A stretch of 63,834 nucleotides of DNA, filler included, from Reticulomyxa filosa (taxonomy: Eukaryota; Protista; Foraminifera), in assembly GCA_000512085.1 (NCBI GenBank). It is 14 parts of 14 records of this genome, joined end to end, with 100 filler letters (N's around TTAATTAATTAA, not from the genome) between each part and the next. Parts side by side here need not be neighbours in the genome. Positions count along the whole stretch, not along the records: positions 48,659 to 51,619 come from ASPP01050652.1; positions 51,720 to 53,129 come from ASPP01014447.1; positions 53,230 to 57,756 come from ASPP01025195.1; positions 57,857 to 62,036 come from ASPP01004408.1; positions 62,137 to 63,834 come from ASPP01008958.1; 9 more parts are not named here. One strand, written 5' to 3'. Both the position numbers and the translations under genes were made by a program. Of the stretch, positions 51,352 to 63,834 are shown one piece after another. Each line of letters opens with the position of its first letter. Positions within the stretch are counted from its first letter, which is position 1. Below the pieces are notes generated by a model, which saw nothing but the letters and a program-made list of their open reading frames with translations, was not told the DNA's origin and ran no database searches.

Positions 51352-51615
51352 TCAATAAAAATTCAATTGCCCACTTCCTACAATTAATATCAAGTGAAAA
51401 TATAGTTCGTTTGGACGAAAGTGCGACTGGATCGGTAGTTTCAATAGCTTTTTTGGCGATACTAGCAAAGGAGGATCTTGAATTTGTCGCCATAAAGAAA
51501 TATTGATCTTTGCTGAACTGTAATTGTGGAGTCCCAATGTGCAGTCATAAATCCGTTCGCCAAATTTGAACAAGCAAATCAAGGACAGCGAGGATACCAC
51601 CGCATCAAATCCCAA
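51352..51615 (-). CDS. 3' end of an orphan 7TM protein
   Basis: 'GFDAVVSSLSLICLFKFGERIYDC' closely parallels the last helix of the 45555-46511 protein. Confidence 0.55.
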   Translation of the reverse strand: MGFDAVVSSLSLICLFKFGERIYDCTLGLHNYSSAKINISLWRQIQDPPLLVSPKKLLKLPIQSHFRPNELYFHLILIVGSGQLNFY

Positions 51616-52122
51616 AAAANNNNNNNNNNNNNNNNNNNNNNNNNNNNNNNNNNNNNNNNNNNNTTAATTAATTAANNNNNNNNNNNNNNNNNNNNNNNNN
51701 NNNNNNNNNNNNNNNNNNNAAAAAAACAAACATGGGCATATACAAAAAAGATCCTTTGCATGGCGGCAGGGGTGATTGCTGGACAAAAGAAAATCTTATG
51801 CAATTCGGACGGTTCTTTTTCCTGTTTAGTTACCTTTTTGTGTTGTGCCTTTTGAGAGGTTCAGAACCGACCAAATTGGCAAGTGGAGAAAAGGAAGGAA
51901 GGAAGGGAGGGGGAAAAACAAGCATAGTTCAAAAAATTGCAGGTGGGAGATATACGTAGTGCTTTGATTTTTTCCCTCCCCCCCCCCCCTCCCCCCTTTG
52001 AGCATTGTCAATTATTTGAAAAAAGGGCAAAAAAAAAAAAAATATTTGTATACATGTTATACATATGCATAAATATATGTTATATGTTATATGTGTATGT
52101 ATATGTATATGTAAATGAGTAA

Positions 52123-53084
52123 AGTCATGAACCCACGTTACGGTAAAAATCCATCATGCACAATATTTGGGATGATATTCTACGGGTCAGTGGCGGCGTA
52201 CTTGTCGTACACGTCATTGCTGTCGTTTGTGATATGGCGTCAGTTCTACGACCCGATGAAGCCATTGTGGAACATTGAGAAGCGCTACTGGCACTTGGGA
52301 GTGAACATGATCGTCGTGATATCGGTAATCATCGCAGGGTCGACGAGCAGCATCAGCGGCGTGCATCCGATGAGTGTGTGTCTGCCAGGCACAGTGACGA
52401 AGCCGTCGGTGTTGGGGTTTATGGTGATTCCATTTACCGTCGGGACAACGGTGGTGGTGTTGTTTCTAATATCGTCGATGTATCTCATCCGCAAGCGCTT
52501 GTTGCATCAACGCGAGACAGTCAACCTGGAGCATCAGTCGAAGATGGAAGACCTGGCCTTTCGTTTGTTGTGGTACACACTAGGCGTGCTCCTTACCATG
52601 TTGATCTTGCTGTTCATTGCCGCCTGGGTGTACACCGACTTTGACCGCGTTCGAGAGGCCTTTTCCCTCAGTGCACAATGTCAGGCGCGCAACTACTACT
52701 TGCAATCCTACGGTCTTCAACAACAAACATGCACGCGCACTGTCACGTCGCCCGCTGCTCTGTACATTTTGTGGCCATTGGCGTGTGTCTCGGCCGTGTT
52801 CGCGCAGGTCATTCTCACGTGCAACTCGGAACGTCGCACGCGCTTAAAACGCTCCATGACCAGGACTGGCAGTAAGGTCAAGCAGATGGAACAGAGCATG
52901 GTCTTCCAAATCAAGCGCGTTCGCAGTCGACCCACCGATGATGGAAAACAAACAGATGCGAAAACACCCGATGGCGTTCGCAAAATCGCCAGCTCGAGCG
53001 ATGAAGGAGAGCCTCAGAATCCTGCCACACAGGCTGATGATGTCATCTTGCCTACCACTTATCAACAGACCTCGCCTGTTCGAG
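52123..53084 (+). CDS. Frizzled/Smoothened-type (class F) GPCR transmembrane region, partial
   Basis: 'NPSCTIFGMIFY', 'RYWHLG', 'ISGVHPMSVCLPG', 'LGFMVIP' and 'KMEDLAFRLLWY' align with class F TM3-TM7, including the Cys-containing third extracellular loop. Confidence 0.8.
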
Positions 53085-53089
53085 GTTTG

Positions 53090-53129
<40 letters not shown>

Positions 53130-53545
53130 NNNNNNNNNNNNNNNNNNNNNNNNNNNNNNNNNNNNNNNNNNNNTTAATTAATTAANNNNNNNNNNNNNNN
53201 NNNNNNNNNNNNNNNNNNNNNNNNNNNNNGTAAGATAAAAGATTATCATGCACAGCATGAAGGGGGAGTGAGGGAGAAAAGTTCGTAAAGCAAAAACGTG
53301 TGTATGTATGAAAACATAAATTCGTAATACTTAAAGTTAAAACAATTTTAAAAAATAAATAAATAAAATGTTTGGTAATTTTGAGAAATAAAAATTGGAA
53401 AGTCATTTTTTTTTTTGGAGCTGATAATGACGGTGAGTTAAACAAACACAGTAGAACAGGCCGTGAGAATAAAAAAAAGAGGGTTTGTTGTACTCAATGA
53501 TCTTTTAAAGTGTAGGCAGCTATTGAATAACCAACAAAAAAAAAA

Positions 53546-55680
53546 ATGATGAACAAGAGCATGTCATTGTTGTGGGTGTTATGGTGTAGTACTTTGGTTG
53601 TACGGACGATATTGGTAACGGCTGACGACATGAGCGCATGTCCGTCAGACGACCCTTGCATTGAGTGCAACCAAGTAAAACTGTTCAACAGAAGACTGGA
53701 TGTATGTGTGGCATTGCCAACAAACCGACACAACGTGGACATACACGACGAAGGGTTGTTCGTGAAAAACAAACTGAAAGAATTACAAACACGGCCACAC
53801 TTATATATCGCGTAGTGTTCCACAACAACACACTGGCTTATCGTTGCAACATCAACACATTGTATCGAACACAATAAAGTTGTTTGAATTTTGGCGAGCT
53901 TCATTTCGGTCACGCATATATCATGCGTTTTTTGAGTGGCATAAGTACTTCCTCAATTCTCAAGTATACGTAGACCAAAGTGATACAATCGCCGTCTATG
54001 GATACAAATGGACGAATAATCGCTTGTCACCGTGGAAGACCTATTGACAAATACCCTTCATCATCTTTATCAAGACGTAGATGCAGTAGATCTTCGAAGT
54101 CAATCAGAGCACATATTGCATATAAGAGGACACATGCCTGGACAATCTATTCAGTTCCTACGTCACAGCTGGTTACCGTCTCTTACAGGCGCTTTGCTCC
54201 TTGTTTACACTTTTTTTTTTTTTTTTGGAATTAGTTGTGACCTTATTTGTGTGATTTATAATTTTTTGTATCGTGCACTTTTTACGTTTTTGTGAACGTT
54301 GGTTGAAATATGTTGACTTGTTGAGTCGCATTTGCTCATTCTTTTTTTTCCCCCAATGTCTTTATACTAGAGAATGGCTCATGTCTTGTTGTCTTTCACT
54401 TTTGTTATTTTCAAAAAAGAAAAGAAACATTAATTCATCACAAAAGTTTGATTAGATAGAAAAACTTATGCATAGACACTCTTCAAGGAGGAAACACTTG
54501 AAGATGAAGATGTTTGCAACTGCAAAAATGGAAAAAAATGCAAGAATGATTGATTCAATCTTATTTGAGTTACTTTTTTCCAAGTCAACTGGCTCAGATA
54601 TTGGAATAATTAAAAAGAATAATTAAAAAGATATATCAAAAAATGTAACTATATTAAAAGACGACAACACACTTGCATTACAGTGATAATAAATTACACA
54701 ATGAGACTTAATTACATTTAAAAAAAAAAACACACAAAATAAAGACAAGTCAATACGTTGATTTGTTATATCATCGATTGAACAGATAATATTGCCAGAA
54801 ATATATATATGTGGCAATGTTGTTTTCAATTTTGTCTTTGTGTGCACTCCGAGATCGTGATAGGTCTTGCTTTACTTTTGCTGGCGCAGCAATAACACGC
54901 TTTGCAATAAAAATTGTCCTCAATGATAACGATGGCAATGCAATCGGATGTGTCTTTGGCAGCAACCAATGCATTTATCGAAGAAGATAGAGAAAGTACG
55001 CTGATAAAACTGTGGTCCCAAGATTAGATATCATTGTATCGACGTCATCTCAAGTGCCCAATGATGACAATAGCGACGAAATGGAGCCAAGTGAAATGGT
55101 AATCAATTGAAAGGCAGTATTTGTGGTCTTATTTTTATTCACATTTAATACAATGACTTGGTCATTATATAATGTGTCGTCGCTTTGTTCCGGGCGTGAA
55201 TGGAAGCATAGGGGAGTGGTATTGCTTCGACGCTGAATGATGAGTCGTGTTTTCATTTACGATGGCAGGACTATTCATATATTGGCGAGACGGAGAGATC
55301 CTTGAGAACGCACATATTACTATAAGGGCGAGATGTTATATTTAGAGTTTGTGCATTATGAGAAGGATGACCATTATTTTCTTGACTCGGACATCGCCTT
55401 GAAAAAGTTCCACCAGTTTGTATTTGATTGGAGATTGTACTCCCGATATTGTAAGTGGACCGATATTGTTTCACTGTCAAATATCTTCATCTCTCGCATT
55501 GACATTATTCGCTGTTGTTAATACTGGTTATTATGTGAAGGTTGCTATATTATTACCTTCTGCATATCGTTGTACGTCAAATTTTTTTTTCCGTTTTAAT
55601 CAAAAAAAACAGTATTTGCTTCTGTATCCCCTTCTTCTTCTTCATTTGCGGCTCTACCACCTATACCACCAGTGGATTTA
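53546..55680 (+). pseudogene. Secreted or type II glycosyltransferase-like (nucleotide-diphospho-sugar transferase) gene, disrupted
   Basis: N-terminal signal or TM segment 'MSLLWVLWCSTLVV', a DxD motif 'YFLDSDIAL' and 'VVNTGYYVK'. Multiple stops and frameshifts. Confidence 0.4.
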
Positions 55681-58217
55681 GTATGTCCTAGTTGTTGTAA
55701 AGACAAACACAACAAACAACAAATTAATGCAAACTGCTTTGAAAGAAAGATAAAAAATAATCAATGTTTTTTTTAACCTCAATCCTCTTCCAAAAGCATT
55801 CTAATCATAGAATGAAATAATCTATTCAATCATTTCCTGACAATATTCTTTGATGATAATAGCCATGGTTCTTTTGCAATTAAATTGCAATATATCACAA
55901 GTTTATTGTCTTCCACAAAATCAACACGAACATCATACCATTGCATCTTGGAAATGTTGCTATGTATCTTTGGTGTGTCGACATTGAGTGCCAAATATAA
56001 CATAATCATAAATATATTTGAAAGGCAACGATTGATACTTGATCGATTATGTATATTAATGGCTTGAATTAAAGTTATTGTGTGATTGTAGGCATATAAC
56101 AATTCATTGCTATTTGCGCTTCGTTTTTATAAGCATCATCCACAACAACTCATAGTCTTAATGAAATACACGCCAAAGCCTTTTGGTGATTAATTTTATC
56201 GACCTTCTTTATTTACACTGTATATTTTCTTCTTTCGGTAAGTTCGTACTTCTTGCCATGGTTCTTGAAATAATTCATATATTTCCAATACTGTTGATCG
56301 GTACTTTTTCTCCTTTTTTTCCACTCCTTTAATCCATTTTTCTTCTTCTTCATCTTTCTTTTTGTTTCACTCCAAATATACTACACAATGAAAAGGTCCA
56401 TATTCACATTGTTTTAATTGCGACATATTACAATAGCTGAAAACATGAAAAAAAATAAAATATATACCTTGAAATAGAGCCCATCGTTTCTGCCATCATC
56501 GATGGTGGCCCGTGATACGAGTTACATGTTAAGACCCTGCAATGTAATTGTAAATTGCTTGTCAGATCTCAATTGATGAATTTGTGGAGCCGACACCAAA
56601 ATTGCTGAACTTGATCCAACTTAACACGACAGCAGACAAATAAATTGGATGTCATGTTCAATACTGACTTAAAAACAGCTCCAATACCACTTGCTTCCGA
56701 TTCAACTAAAATATAGCAATGTAATATGTATAATATGCTAACTATACTTTGAGCAAGTTATTAATAAGCTCTGGCGCTTTCACCCATTTTTGGTTATATC
56801 AAATCTATATATATGCATACAGGAATATCACACCAATTATAAATTATTAAAGAAAGAGAACCGTAACTACTTGTTTTACATTAATTCAACTGATTGGTCT
56901 TTTTCTCTTTTGATGAGCAAATATGGTCCAATTGGTAATCAATTTGAAAATACTCGGCAATGCTTGGAAGCGCAAGCTGTTCGATACACGAATATCATCT
57001 TGAATTTTTGGTTAATGGAATTGGATGATGCGATTGTTGTCAATGCTTAGTTTATTTGATTTTTAGAGTTGGTGTTTGTGTCAAGGAAAGCCTTTGTGCT
57101 GTTATAGTGTTCGAGATGCTGTCAGCAGTGTATTGTTTATATGTGGATATTAAACCAGATGGAGTGCATGTGTGTTCACATGATCGAATTCGTGCTTATT
57201 CATATACACTGATACGTCACAGATGTTGGCGTTGGCTCAAAAGTGGAGCAATTGAATAGGAGTTTGATTGTACACATAGAATGTTGTTGATCATTATATA
57301 AATTGCAATATTCACTTCTTACCAATAATTCACTTAGATATCTTTACCACCTTGAACCCATACCAAAAACGAATTCTAAATTGAAGTGCTTGATCGTCGA
57401 CATCAATTTCTTCGCCAAAGAGTGATTATTATTGTCGTCGCGTGCTATGTCACACGATACGAAGTTCGATTTCTATGATATAATAAGTATGTTTTAATTT
57501 GTTTTTTAAAACAAATAAACATAAAAAATATATAACCTAACTGATGTTGTTATCCTTGTACAGAATAACAATTATTTTTTTTCAATATAAAAAAAAAAAA
57601 AATATTTCAATTATAATTTCTTTCTTTCTTATTCTTTTTTTTCACTTCATTTATTATTTTTTTTTTTCTTATAAAACTATTCATTTTTTTACTAATCATT
57701 CTTTCTTTTTTTTTCTCTTTTTTATTACTACATTATTTTCCCCTTTTTTTCTTATTNNNNNNNNNNNNNNNNNNNNNNNNNNNNNNNNNNNNNNNNNNNN
57801 TTAATTAATTAANNNNNNNNNNNNNNNNNNNNNNNNNNNNNNNNNNNNNNNNNNNNTCTCAGAGATGTCCTCGCTGCAATATTTCCAAATAGTTAAAATA
57901 ATTTCGCTTTTGATCTTAGGAAAAGATTGTCGAAGTTGTTCCATTTGTCTATTAGCTATTATTGCTTTTTACTACTTTTTCAACTAACTTTAAAAACAGA
58001 GCGTTTTGTCCCTGTTGTACTGTTGTTGAACAAGTGTCCAAAAATTGTTGTAGATGCGTAAACTCATTTCTCGTGTTTTCATTATGCAGTGGATTGACGA
58101 GTTTTTTTTGGCAAAAGGTTTTTGTTTTTTAAAAAAAGGAGAAAGTGCTTTGTTTTTTTTAAGTTTAAATATAATTTTCTCAAATAGTGAAATACAGCTT
58201 TGACTTTATTCTCTTGA

Positions 58218-59616
58218 ATGTATTCGGATGGTATCGTAGCAAAAGAGACCGCAAAAATAAGTGTAATGACTCAAAGTGGAAGATCGGCCAACTTGCCTGT
58301 TCCACTTTCTCAAAGCCAATGTATAATGCACAATGATGAAATCCTTATTTGTGGAGGCTATGAAAATAATGTGTGTTATTCTTACAACATTGTCAAGAAT
58401 CAGTACAAACGTATTTGCTCTTATTCTAAGAAGATTGAATTGAACGGACATTGTGTGGTGAAACTTGTAAGCAAAGATAAGGATGCAAATGACACGTTAT
58501 TATCTTTTGGTGGAATGAAAAAACACACATTGATGATGGAATATTCCAGTGTTTGGGAGGGTAAAAAGAATAACAAAAAGAAAAGAAATTATAATAAATG
58601 GGTTCCATTCGCCGATAACGACAATAATCCAATCTGTATTGGCAAAGAAGAAGATAATTATTGTGGATTGCGTGCAGTGATTAGTGGAAGTAAACACCAT
58701 TTGTTATTCATTACTTATTCTCCAAATAATATGAATGTGTTCAATTTGGATACATTTCAAATGGTCACATCTTTGATGCTGCCACATTGTACTAATTTGT
58801 CTTTTCATTGTTTTGCATTAGCCAAGGAGAATGAAATGTTATTATTTTGTAAAGAAGTAGGACTGTCTATTAAATATAATGAAGCAAGTTACAATTTTGA
58901 GCTTTGCACGTTACAAGTTTGTGAAACAATGAGACAACTCAAATCCTATGGGTATATTCGCATTTGTAATTCCATTTTGTTTTTTGGTGGATGGAATGAC
59001 AATAATAAGCTTATTGTAAAGCATTTCCACAGATATTCCATTACAAACAAAACATGGACGATTTTTGAAAATATTCTGCCTGTTCCACTTCATAGCTGTG
59101 CTGGAATACTAAGTGATGACAATTCTGCATATATCATTGGAGGAAATAGTGAAGACAAAACAACGACCGCAAATATATGTGTGAAGAGTAAGTGGATGGA
59201 AGAAGCAAAAGCAAAAGAAAAGCAACAGCGTATAGAAAGAGAAGAGAGGAGTATAATTGAAAGGAATAGATTTGAAATAGAAAACATGGACGAAAATTTT
59301 GATATTAAAAAGTTGAAAGTTGCGTTACATATTTTTTTCCTCCTCTAAAAGTATAAGCTATTCATCTGCAAATATATATATATACATATACATATATATA
59401 TATATGTATATATGTATATATATATTACATATCTATATATATATGTATATGTATATGCATATATAGCAAAAAAAAGAGATGGAATTGATACTTGGACATT
59501 GGCTTCGTAGATTTGTCACTAAGAAAGGATGGATTCCCGAGTTTGACATGCTAATCTCTCGATATCTTATGGTTGATTTTATTTGTTTGAATTCTCTTTT
59601 TTCAATAAATTATAAC

Positions 59617-59653
<37 letters not shown>

Positions 59654-60541
59654 TACATATTATAGATGAAATATTTCAAACCATTGAAGATATTCGAAAA
59701 TCAGTGTGACATTGTCTATAGCGTAAAATTTTCATCTGATGGCACGAAAATTGCTGCGGCTTACGATGAAACAATTCGAATATGGGACATAAAATCCAGA
59801 AAGAGAATTCAAGTTTTGAAGACAAGATCAAATGATATACAGTTTTCACCTGATGATCGTTGGATTGTATCGTGTGGAAATGACAGTGTTATTCGAATCT
59901 GGGATGCAAATCTGGGAACGGAAATACAAACGTTGGAAGGACATTTTGGAAGTGTAGTAACAATTCAATTTTCTCCCGATGGAAAAACGATTGCGTCTGG
60001 TTCATGTGATGCAACAATTCGATTATGGGACGTGGCATCTGGAAAAGAGATAAACAAAATGGGAAATTTTTTGGGCACGATAAATAGTGTGAAATTTTCG
60101 CACGATGGCCGACAAATTGTTGCTGCGTTGGATACTTGTGTTGAAATATGGGATGTAAGTTCGGGTGAAAAAAGTAATACACTGAGCGGGTATTTCGGCT
60201 GTGTACTAAATGCACAATTTTCTCATAATGATCACTTTATTGTCTGTGGTTCAACCGATAGAACAGTTCGACTATGGAATGCAAAAACAGGGGAGATGTT
60301 GAAAATTTTGAAAAGTCATTTTAGTGATGTAAAAGGTGCAGCATTCTTACCAGATGATCAAATTCTTGTGTCGTGTTCATTGGATAAGACTGTCCGATTG
60401 TGGGATATGAAATTTGGAATGGAAATACAGAGCCTGAAAGGTCATATAAGGGGGATTGTAAGAATGGATATTTCACCTGACGGAAATATGATTGCATCAA
60501 CATCTATTGATGGAGCAGTACAATTGTGGGGTGCATTGTGA
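58218..60541 (+). CDS. Kelch-type propeller plus WD40 propeller protein, 3 exons (~58218-59319, 59467-59571, 59666-60541)
   Basis: Kelch GG motifs 'ILICGG..CYSY', 'LLSFGG', 'ILFFGG..YS..W' and 'YIIGG', then seven WD40 repeats (GH...FSPDG...IRLWD). GT-AG introns. Confidence 0.9.
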
Positions 60542-61036
60542 GATTACATTACAATATTCATTATCGAAAATACAATTGAAATAAAATGACAAGTTTCTTT
60601 TCAAAAAAAGACTACTTTTGCCAATTGTATTGTTTTCTTTTAGTGCATATTTTCTTTTAGATCATTATTAACATATATTTTGATTTTTTTTTTTTAACAT
60701 GCTTTGTTATTTTGAAACATTTCTTGTGAACTTAATATGAAATTGACTTACTGCAATCAGATATTCATGACCATTCTTAAACAAAACTTCCATTTTGTTT
60801 TAATAAAAATACTTTAAAGTCTGTTCCTTAAATAAGTATCACTTCCGGAATCGCTTGGCGTTTTGAAGGAGAGAGTTCTGATAATGACACTATGAAACTT
60901 GTATACGTTTAACAAAGCGACAACTAAAACAAAACGTAACAAAAAAAAGAAAAAAAGGCTTTCGGTCCCCTTTCCTGTTTTTTTTTTTTGAAGTCGCCGT
61001 GGATATTGGAGACATCGTAAGCTACCCCAGTGACAA

Positions 61037-62007
61037 ATGCAAGATAAAAAACGAGCTGCATTTGAAAATCAGTCTTTATCCGAAATTCTGCAAAAAGTTT
61101 CTCCAGAGAAGGCGGATGGTTTTGTGCAACAACTAAACAAGCTATTGGAAGAGCAGGCAAGTCAGAGAATTTTGTGTGTGATTGGAACCCCTTTCTTTCT
61201 CAATCTTCAAACTCTGAAAATTTTCAATCTTCAAAAAAAAAAAAAAAAACAACAACAACAACAACAAAACGTGTGCCTCACCTCCCCGTCTCTTCTCTCC
61301 TACCTCCTCTGTCCCTATTAGGATAGCGAAAGTCGCATAGACAAACTAACAGCAGACTCAGCACGTCGCCAATTTTTTAAGGCAATATACGACCGAGACG
61401 TAGACTTAGTAAACCTATTGCTGACAGGATCAAGACGCAAATATGTCCATCCAAACCTGGGTATTTCTTTTTTTTTTTTTATTTTTTTTATAAAAAAAAA
61501 AAAGGGAAGGGGGTAGGTAATGTAAAAAAAAACAAACAAAAAAAAAAAGTTTGTCCAGAAGATCGATGGACGGCGTTGCATGCGTGTTTGTACAAGTACA
61601 ACCAATACCCTCCCGAAGATACGTTGCGAATTGTGCAACTGCTGCTGGACCACAATGCGGACGTGAACCAGGCATGTCCGGAAGGGGCAGTGGCGATCAA
61701 CGTATTGGACAAGAAGCCGCTGCCGAACGGACAACAGAACGGGCCGGAGAACCCGAACCGCGAGAAGAAGACGGTGAGCTTTCAGAATAAGATGGTGTTG
61801 GACGTGGCCATTGACTTTTTGCAGGCGTATAAATGGGCCGGCTGTCGTCCGTCGGTCTTGCAGAATTGGAAGCCGTTGATCGAACTCTTGGATGGCACGT
61901 CCGTGACTCAAAAGGCCAAAATGTCCAATGACTTTGATGCACATTTCACTGTTCCTCGTCCCAAAGTACAAGAGGTGGATGGAGGCTATTGTGCCAAGTT
62001 TCAAAGA
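61037..62007 (+). CDS. Ankyrin-repeat-like protein, multi-exon, 3' truncated
   Basis: 'FFKAIYDRDVDLVNLLL' and 'ALHACL....LRIVQLLLDHNADVN'. Confidence 0.6.
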
Positions 62008-62136
62008 GTTTAATTTTTTTTTTTTTTTTTTTTTTTNNNNNNNNNNNNNNNNNNNNNNNNNNNNNNNNNNNNNNNNNNNNTTAATTAATTAANNNNNNNN
62101 NNNNNNNNNNNNNNNNNNNNNNNNNNNNNNNNNNNN

Positions 62137-62197
62137 AGAAAATCGATTTTTTTCATATAGTGCCATTTAGGTATGGCGGGTTTTTTTCAATATACTG
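62137..62197. mobile_element. Tc1-like terminal repeat (same family as 3344-3405)
   Basis: AGAAAATCGATTTT..ATATAGTGCCATTTAG..TTTTTT..CAAT.TACTG|TA is shared with 3344-3407. Confidence 0.75.
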
Positions 62198-63149
62198 TAT
62201 TACTCAATGACACAGTTTGTCTTGTGTCAATATATTCAACGAATGTACTGATAATGTGATACATAATCGAAATGTTATATCGGCAAATGTATAAAAGCTT
62301 AATTTATTATGATTTGACGAAACTAGTTATATGATACGCTAGTTTATCTGATAGTTCATGAGATAGAACTACATTTTTAGCATTTTCTAAATGATTAAGT
62401 TCATTCATACATCAAATTCATCACTTTTTTGTCTGCTTTAGCTTATAACACAAACTCGAGGCTGGCCTATATCAATGTTAAACTTTTTAAGCAAATCAGT
62501 GACCATTTTCCAATAAAAAATTGTTATTTATAACCAAAGAAAAAAGATAGAAACTTTGCCAACAAACTAAAAATCATTTTCAATAAATGATGTCCCTACG
62601 AGCAGTCATCTTCGACTAATTTTCAAAAATAAAAAATTAAATGGAAGAAAGGAAATAAAAAAAACTAGAGATTAAAAAGCTAAGTCTGGAAAAAGATTCC
62701 TCAGTTCTGACAGGATCTGCCTTTACGATCTTGCCTACACGTTTGTTTCTTTATTGCTTTTGAAAAATTTTGTTAACGTGGAAAGATAGATTTTTTCCTA
62801 TATATCTCTAAAAGAAAAAGAATGAGCCTTAGAAAAAAGAAATTTCACATGAAGAGGTACCACAAAACGAAAGGACAAACACAAAATTTTAGATTCTAGT
62901 TTGCATAACCCATAGGATATATTAACAAAAAAAAACATTTCAAAACATTTGAGTGAGAGAAAGTAAAAGAATATATGTTTGCTCAAGAGAAAAAGAAAAG
63001 AATTCAAATATCGCTGTGTTGTAAAAAAAAAAAAAAAGGTTGTGACGAATTGATGTGGTTTGGCTCTTCCACTTTTAATGAATAATCAGAATAGACAAAA
63101 AAACGTATTCAACAGCATGTTGTTCATCCTTTCTTGTTATATTTTGAAA

Positions 63150-63750
63150 TTAACGAGTGAGAATTTCTCCGTCGTCGTCCGATTGCATTCCAACCAAGCT
63201 CATGGTCTCAGGGACGTCCTGCGATTGGAGTTCTCCAGCGGTGACAGTATTTGTGGCCTGTCCAAATGTGGCGAAAGCAGCGCCGGTATTGAAATCAGCA
63301 TTGGCCTGAGAGTCAGCGTTAGCATTAACACTTCCACTGGGATTGAAGTCAGAAAAGGCATTGGGTTGTGAAACAGCAGTTGCATTGCGTATGCCACGTG
63401 CGTCCGAGTTGAAGATTTCATCAATGTTTGAAGCATCCGACAGCATTCCGGTTCTGTCAATCTTGACTCTGCTGTATCGAGATTTCCTTGTTAAATAGAA
63501 AATGATTCCGGCTCCAAATAAGATCAGAACGACCAATATGATGGTGATACTAAGAACGCCAATGGTAGCTTTGCTCATTCCCGAAGATGATTTATCGTCG
63601 CTCGTGATTACCGACGTTCCGCAAGTCACGGCATATTTCGTGTAATAAGCATAATAGTAATCGTATCCAGCGTATAGGTCTGTGCATCCGTCCTTTATCA
63701 AATATGAGTATGGAGTGCCATCACAAGAATTTGAGTAATCCCAGAATCTG
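63150..63750 (-). CDS. Single-pass type I membrane protein, last exon
   Basis: Cys/Tyr-rich ectodomain end, S-rich stalk, TM 'IGVLSITIILVVLILFGAGIIFYL', basic stop-transfer 'TRKSR' and a cytoplasmic tail. Confidence 0.7.
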
Positions 63751-63834
63751 TAAAGAGGAAAAAAAGAAGAAAAGGCAAGTTTTTTTTTTTTTTTTTTTTT
63801 TTTTGGTTGGGAAAAAAAAAAAAAAAAAAAAAAA

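Noticed and set aside
1078-62136. TTAATTAATTAA repeated 13 times as a CRISPR-like or regulatory repeat
   Set aside because: It always sits in N44...N44 and is an artificial six-frame stop linker. Gene neighbourhoods across it were not interpreted.

Overview
This is AT-rich, intron-containing eukaryotic DNA made of 14 separate contigs joined by 13 artificial 100-nt linkers (N44-TTAATTAATTAA-N44), so adjacency across a linker means nothing biologically. Expanded WD40, Kelch-WD40, 7TM and ART-like families, many pseudogenes, and short introns with T-rich 5' and A-rich 3' ends resemble a rhizarian or foraminiferan genome such as Reticulomyxa. That taxonomic call is an inference. Recognisable genes are an alpha-kinase, a PH plus actin-fragmin-kinase-like protein, an MFS transporter, the cohesin loader Scc2/NIPBL with a PHD finger, an anoctamin/TMEM16, a stomatin/SPFH protein, the C-terminus of a CLC channel, a Frizzled/Smoothened-type receptor, several orphan 7TM receptors and a Kelch-WD40 protein. 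Decayed loci include an ART-like toxin-fold gene, a SecA/DEAD-like ATPase gene and WD40 genes. Mobile DNA includes several Tc1/mariner remnants and a ~750-bp foldback element with ~247-bp TIRs. The most unexplained structure is an array of ~14 units with ~80-160-bp spacing at ~8940-10520. Each unit is a diverged GC-rich cassette bounded by conserved motifs and separated by AT-rich spacers that often read GT..AG on the minus strand.
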